7,862 bases of DNA from Salpingoeca rosetta (taxonomy: Eukaryota > Protista > Choanoflagellata), in assembly GCA_033442325.1 (NCBI GenBank), contig JAWQFM010000010.1, positions 440,497-448,358 on the forward strand. Direction: 5' to 3'. Positions 1 to 7,862 of the stretch are shown here, one piece after another. The notes under the pieces were generated by a model, which was given only the letters and a program-made list of their open reading frames with translations, had not been told where the DNA came from and did not search any database. Both the position numbers and the translations under genes were made by a program. Positions within the stretch are counted from its first letter, which is position 1, and each line of letters begins with the position of its first letter.

Positions 1-135
<135 letters not shown>

Positions 136-146
136 ACCGCTCACAC

Positions 147-178
147 CAGTGCGAGGAGCTTGAGAAGTCTCCCGCCAT
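147..178 (-). CDS. CCNC: Putative first coding exon of a cyclin C-like gene (MAGDFSSSSH+TG); gene continues off the left edge
   Basis: Minus strand reads ATG GCG GGA GAC TTC TCA AGC TCC TCG CAC TG|GTGTGAGC and then a (TG)n intron. The peptide resembles the cyclin C N-terminus (human MAGNFWQSSHY, recalled). The donor could be GT at 146-145 or GTGAGC at 144-143. Only about 10 codons support the call. Confidence 0.5.
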
Positions 179-345
179 ATTTCCGCCTGTCGTCCGTCGT
201 GAGTAACTACAGTTAATGCTGTCGAAATATCGTCCTTGACGGTTCTAAGGGACGAGCACCCAACCATCAAGCGCAAGAGGCCGAAGGTTTTGGAAGAGCT
301 GGCGTGCTGTTGTGTGAAGGTCGTTACATTACATTGTTGCAAGAC
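179..345. promoter_or_regulatory. Putative compact bidirectional promoter / 5' UTR region between divergent genes
   Basis: Repeat-free spacer between the minus-strand ATG (178) and a candidate plus-strand 5' UTR donor GTACGT at 346. Inferred from gene orientation only; no specific motif identified. Confidence 0.3.
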
Positions 346-768
346 GTACGTGTTTCTCTGTGGCTCGCAGCTCGCCTTGTTTTGGTTGGTTGGTAGGGTT
401 CATCGTTCGTTCGTTGTCTTGTGGTGCGTGTGATGTGCTTTCGTTTGTGTGTTTTGTCTTTTTGTGGCGGTGGTGAAGGAGGTTGCGTGTCGTTCGCACA
501 CTCGTTGTGAGGGCTTTAGTGGGCCAGCCTGGCTGATCCTAGCGAACGAAGCAAGGCCTTGCTTTTCGGTGTTGTTGTTGTTGTGTTGCAGTGCGTTTGT
601 TGTGTGTGAGTGTTCTCTGATTTGTCTATTTGTTTCCCGCCTGTTCACCAGCATCTTCCATCTTTCCACGCACCACCTATGCACCAACCCTTGTTATTGT
701 ATCCCGCCTTTTTCCCCCAGCGCGCGCACACACACACACGCACATACACATACACACCACCTACACAG
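346..768 (+). other. Probable 5' UTR intron of the plus-strand gene
   Basis: Candidate donor GTACGT at 346, GU-rich 5' half, CA-rich tract at about 725-757, and acceptor ctacacAG at 767-768. Same layout as the coding introns. Confidence 0.45.
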
Positions 769-886
769 AGGTGCTACAGGAGGCCATCTCTCCAAGTCTC
801 CATCTGCATCGACCCGATCGACCAGAGCCCTTCTCCTTCCCCTGGCCTTCCCCTTTGACGCCACCAAGGGCAACACCAATAGACCA

Positions 887-1135
887 ATGTTCCGACACGG
901 GACGGCCAAGGAGCTGTGCTGCCTGCTGTGGACGCTGGACCCAACGTTCACCGCAGCGGATCTCAAGGCGGAAGGCATCAAGACCGAAGCCGAGGCAGGC
1001 CAGCATGTGTCTGAACGGCTGCAGGCTTGCTTTGAGAAGCTGGCCACAACGGAAGCCCTGCACTGGATTGAAAACGACCCTCATCTTTGCGCTGAGCTCG
1101 AGTCCATGTACAAGCAGATGATCGACAACAAACAT
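887..1135 (+). CDS. Plus gene exon 1 ([21 protein letters not shown]...[10 protein letters not shown])
   Basis: ATG at 887; 83 codons; donor GTACGT at 1136. Confidence 0.75.
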
Positions 1136-1236
1136 GTACGTTCCCGTCGTCGTCGTCGTTGTTGTTGTTTAGGTTGTTTAGGTTGTTGAGGTTGTTGTTG
1201 TTTAAGTTGTTGTTTAAGTTGTTGTTGTTGTTTAAG

Positions 1237-1315
<79 letters not shown>

Positions 1316-1847
1316 AGTTGTTGTTGCTGTTGTTGTTCTGCTTGTTGTTGTTGATGGGTGCAGAACTCTCGTCCTCCAGTGCATGCGGGTATTTCCTCCC
1401 GAACATACTCATTCACTTAGCATACACAAGAGCACAAACACGTACACTGACACACACACACACACTCTCTCTCTCTCACACCCGCACGCACACACACACA
1501 CTCTCACTCTCTCTCTCTCACTCACACACACACACTCTCTCTCGCTCTCACATGCACAGACGCCAGACCACCGCGAGATGGCGCAAAGCTTCGCTGAAGG
1601 TGTTGTGAGCGTGCTGCTGCGTGATCTTGTGCAAACACTGCACGGTCGCAGAGCCAGTCTTCTGGAAGGCATCAACGGTGTCAAGATGTTGGTGGCAGGT
1701 ATGCTGCTGGGATCTCTTTACACTGTCGTTGACGCGCCACAACAGGTATTGCATGTTGGGAGGGAATACACGAGCACACGCACCCTTGATCCTGCGCTCT
1801 CACTTTGCCCGCGCTGCAGTTTCATGTCAACTCGTGTAACCTTCTCT

Positions 1848-1913
<66 letters not shown>

Positions 1914-3702
1914 GCACGCACGCATACACGCACGCACGCACGCACGCATACACACACACACACACGCACACACACACACACACGCACACACACGCACACA
2001 CACACACACACACACACAAAACAACCTCACCATTCTCCTATTTGCACATGCTTGGTGCTACCTCAAGGGTGTGCAGGGCCTTGTGCTGAAGGTCTTGCGC
2101 CGGCTCAGCTCAAACGACATCTGGTGGCAGGCGCTGCTTCGATATGGACCTGCCCCACCACGCTCGCCCAAGGAGGAGGAGCAGTCACAGATGAAGAAAC
2201 GCAACCGACGCAGGGCCAAGACGGTCGCTTTCACGGTTCGTGGGGGAATATTCGGTGTGTGCGGGTTTGAACGTGTGCTATTACATGTGTGTTTGTGTGT
2301 GTGTAAACGTGTGCTACGACATGTGTGAATGCAAACATTTGTGTCGACATGTGTGTGAAGTTCTCTCTTGTTTGCCCCTGCGTGCGACTGTGGGTTCTCG
2401 TGCGAATCTCGTTGTCTCTTCTGGCAACCTCGATGGCTGACTGACTGTGATACATGTGCCATGTACGCCACTGAAACTACGATGCTTCTCCGTCCCTCCC
2501 TCACATCACATGTGTTTGCTCGCCCATGCACCATAGGCGCCCAACCTGAAGCCCCCACCGCCCATCCCATCCCCTCCCATCTCGCGTTGCCCCTCTGTCA
2601 CCCGCCACCGCACGCTGCTGCCGCACGTTCAGAAGACGCGGTCTGTTGACGACGACTCGCCATTCAGCACACCGGGCACATCTCCACTCCGCACCGCCCT
2701 CTCCTCCACTGCCAACAGCCCTAGCCCGCACAGGCGCCATTTGCACGACAGCCACGGCAATCTGAGTGCAAACGGGAGCCCGACACATGTCAGCACGCCC
2801 ACGTCGCCAACCACGCTCCGTGCACCGCTGCGCCACTGCTTCAGCCAGGAAGAGAGACGTGGCAGCGAAGATCACGATTGGCGTGAGCGCTATCACGGTG
2901 ACAGCGACAGCAGCAAGGGTGAGTCTCCACACGCCCGCATCCATTCCCATCATCCCCAGCAGCACCACCAGCAGCAGCCGGGTGGGAGGGCCAAAGCTGT
3001 GAAGCAACGCCGGCGCAGCAGCAACCTGGTGCACGAGCAGCGTGCGCGTGATCGTGAGACACACGACGCACGCGACACGTACGGCACACATGGCACACGT
3101 GACGCGCCTGCAACACCGCGACGCACGCGTGCCAGCTGCAGCAACATCCACATGAACATGGCTCGCCTTGGTGTTGCTGATGCACCCGAGCCGATGGGGA
3201 CAGCACGCCCCGATGTCGAGCGCACGGGCGTGTTCCGGACATTGCACGGGGATGTGCGGATTGTTTATCCGGAATGGACCGAACAGGAAGCGGCGGCGCG
3301 CGCACACCAGCACAGGTGGGACAATTGGGGAATGTTGTGCGTGTGCGTGCGTGCCTGTGTGCGTGCGTGCCTGTGTGCGTGTGTGCGTGTGCGTGTGTAT
3401 GTTTGTGTGTGTGTGTGTGTGTGTGTGAGTGTTTGTGTGTGTGTGAATGTTTGTGTGTGTGTGCGTGTGTATGTTTGTGGGAGAGAGAGAGAGATAGAGA
3501 GAGTGTGTTTGTGCGTGTGTGCGTGAGGGCGCGCATCACCCACCAGCCAGCAAGCAGGATGCGCATGTTCACCGTCGTGTTGCTCGTGCTTGCGATTGTT
3601 CTCATTCGTTGCTGCAGTGATGATAATGAAGATGAGTTTGACTGGTTCTTCCACGCAACCGCGGACGCCCCCACCTTCCGTCGCAGATCATGCTGCTTTT
3701 GA
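887..3702 (+). CDS. Hypothetical protein, about 490 aa, 5 coding exons: 887-1135, 1560-1745, 2068(or 2077)-2235, 2537-3315, 3618(or 3558)-3702. Helical-looking N-terminal region and a disordered Ser/Pro/His/Arg-rich C-terminal half.
   Basis: All junctions are GT-AG and phase-compatible (0,0,0,2). Exons are repeat-free, GC-rich open frames separated by microsatellite introns; stop TGA at 3700-3702. No family recognised. The start may lie upstream because the frame is open from 769. Confidence 0.7.
1145..1352. repeat. Intronic (GTC)n/(GTT)n trinucleotide array with TTTAAG/TTTAGG interruptions
   Basis: Directly visible in the 5' half of intron 1136-1559. Confidence 0.95.
1445..1550. repeat. Compound (CA)n/(CT)n microsatellite at the 3' end of intron 1136-1559
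   Basis: Directly visible. Confidence 0.9.
1560..1745 (+). CDS. Plus gene exon 2 ([25 protein letters not shown]...VDAPQQ)
   Basis: Acceptor gcacAG at 1558-1559; 62 codons; donor GTATTG at 1746. An alternative donor GTATGC lies at 1699. Confidence 0.7.
1849..2018. repeat. Intronic (CA)n/(CACG)n compound microsatellite
   Basis: Directly visible. Confidence 0.95.
2068..2235 (+). CDS. Plus gene exon 3 ([28 protein letters not shown]...[14 protein letters not shown])
   Basis: In-frame acceptors at 2066-2067 (AAG) or 2075-2076 (CAG); donor GTTCGT at 2236, followed by a TG-rich intron. Confidence 0.7.
2537..3315 (+). CDS. Plus gene exon 4, low-complexity/disordered ([14 protein letters not shown]...[17 protein letters not shown])
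   Basis: Acceptor ccatAG at 2535-2536, with an in-frame alternative at 2631-2632; 779-nt open frame matching ORF 2741..3526; donor GTGGGA at 3316. Confidence 0.75.
3336..3525. repeat. Degenerate (GTGC)n/(TG)n/(GA)n intronic repeat
   Basis: Directly visible in the 5' part of intron 3316-3617. Confidence 0.9.
3618..3702 (+). CDS. Plus gene terminal exon ([28 protein letters not shown])
   Basis: Pyrimidine-rich acceptor ...ttctcattcgttgctgcAG at 3616-3617, phase-2 compatible; TGA at 3700-3702. Confidence 0.6.
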
Positions 3703-4208
3703 CAACCGTTGTGTGTTGTGTTCTGTTGAGTTGCGTTGTGTTTTGTGTGTATGTGTGCGTGCGTGTCTGTCTGTCTGTCTGCCTGTGCATGTGTGTGTCT
3801 ATTTGTCAGTCTGTCTGCCTGTGCATGTGTCTGTGCTAGCGACACGTGGTTGTTTCTTTCTATCCGATGTGACGGTGCATGTTGCACACGTATGTCATTT
3901 CAACGCTGCCCTATTGCGTATTTCCTATTCAGTATCACCAGCTCTTCCTTCAACTAACTCCCCACCAGACATCATCACAAGTCAGTGAGTGCCCTGCTTT
4001 CGCTTCCACTGCTGTTTGTTTCGTGTACAACTGTCTACTTGTCAATACAACCCCAGACAGCCCTGTGAGGTCATGTGTCGCAGAGGATGATGAAAGAACG
4101 CAGCATGGAAGACGTAAGCGAGGGCGACACGAGAACTCTGTGTGCACGTGTGTGTGTGTGTGTGTGTGCATTTAAAGGCACAGCATCTCTGCTTGCACGG
4201 TCTCTTGA

Positions 4209-7749
<3,541 letters not shown>

Positions 7750-7824
7750 CTGCGAGCACCAAAGGCAAGCGCATATGCGTCAGAGGGCGATCATAGTTTA
7801 TGCAACAGCACCCGCAGCCACAAG

Positions 7825-7825
<1 letters not shown>

Positions 7826-7862
<37 letters not shown>
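7826..7862. repeat. (CA)n, truncated by the window edge; in the upstream VPS9 intron
   Basis: Directly visible. Confidence 0.95.

Noticed and set aside
236-433. ORF with KRKRPK NLS-like stretch as an upstream coding exon
   Set aside because: It starts at TTG with no in-frame ATG, and the nearby ATG at 216 stops after 7 codons. It is more likely 5' UTR.
1166-1185. TTTAGG telomere-like hexamers
   Set aside because: Only two non-adjacent copies, embedded in a (GTT)n array.
1364-1388. Possible micro-exon (CAG|AACTCT...GCGG|GTATTT) that could join the acceptor at 1565-1566 in frame
   Set aside because: It is not needed because 1135->1560 is already in frame, and there is no homology support. 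It cannot be excluded without cDNA.
978-1608. Poly-N, poly-Q and poly-L ORFs
   Set aside because: They are translations of the intronic (GTT)n array.
1718-2089. HTHT/CVCV-rich ORFs here and elsewhere, superficially metal-binding
   Set aside because: Dinucleotide repeats have no stop codons, so these ORFs are artefacts.
3772-3831. 22-bp direct repeat gtctgtctgcctgtgcatgtgt x2, a possible CRISPR-like or TSD signal
   Set aside because: Two low-complexity copies in a putative 3' UTR fit local slippage; the context is eukaryotic, with no cas or transposase sequence.
2501-3887. Long minus-strand ORFs of 270 aa and 348 aa
   Set aside because: They are antisense shadows of GC-rich exon 4 plus repeats; splice signals and intron polarity support the plus strand.

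Overview
This is intron-rich, microsatellite-dense eukaryotic genomic DNA. The style (short GT-AG introns full of (CA)n, (TG)n and (TTG)n, with GC-rich exons) suggests a choanoflagellate such as Salpingoeca; that is an inference. Three genes were built by hand from splice signals and reading frames. (1) A probable first coding exon of a cyclin C-like gene lies on the minus strand (about 147-178, MAGDFSSSSH) and runs off the left edge. (2) A divergently oriented 5-exon plus-strand gene (887-3702) encodes a ~490-aa protein of unknown family, with an RVxF-like motif and an acidic/aromatic, Cys-ending tail. (3) A convergent minus-strand gene with 11 visible exons (4209-7749, 5' end outside the window) encodes a VPS9-domain Rab5-family GEF resembling plant VPS9a. 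Two observations stand out. First, introns of all three genes tend to be UG/GUU-rich at the 5' end and CA/CAA-rich at the 3' end, often with no polypyrimidine tract, which suggests structure- or repeat-assisted splicing. Second, the VPS9 gene has a phase break and lacks about 45-50 residues at a (CA)29 array. Most long ORFs in the supplied track are microsatellite artefacts.
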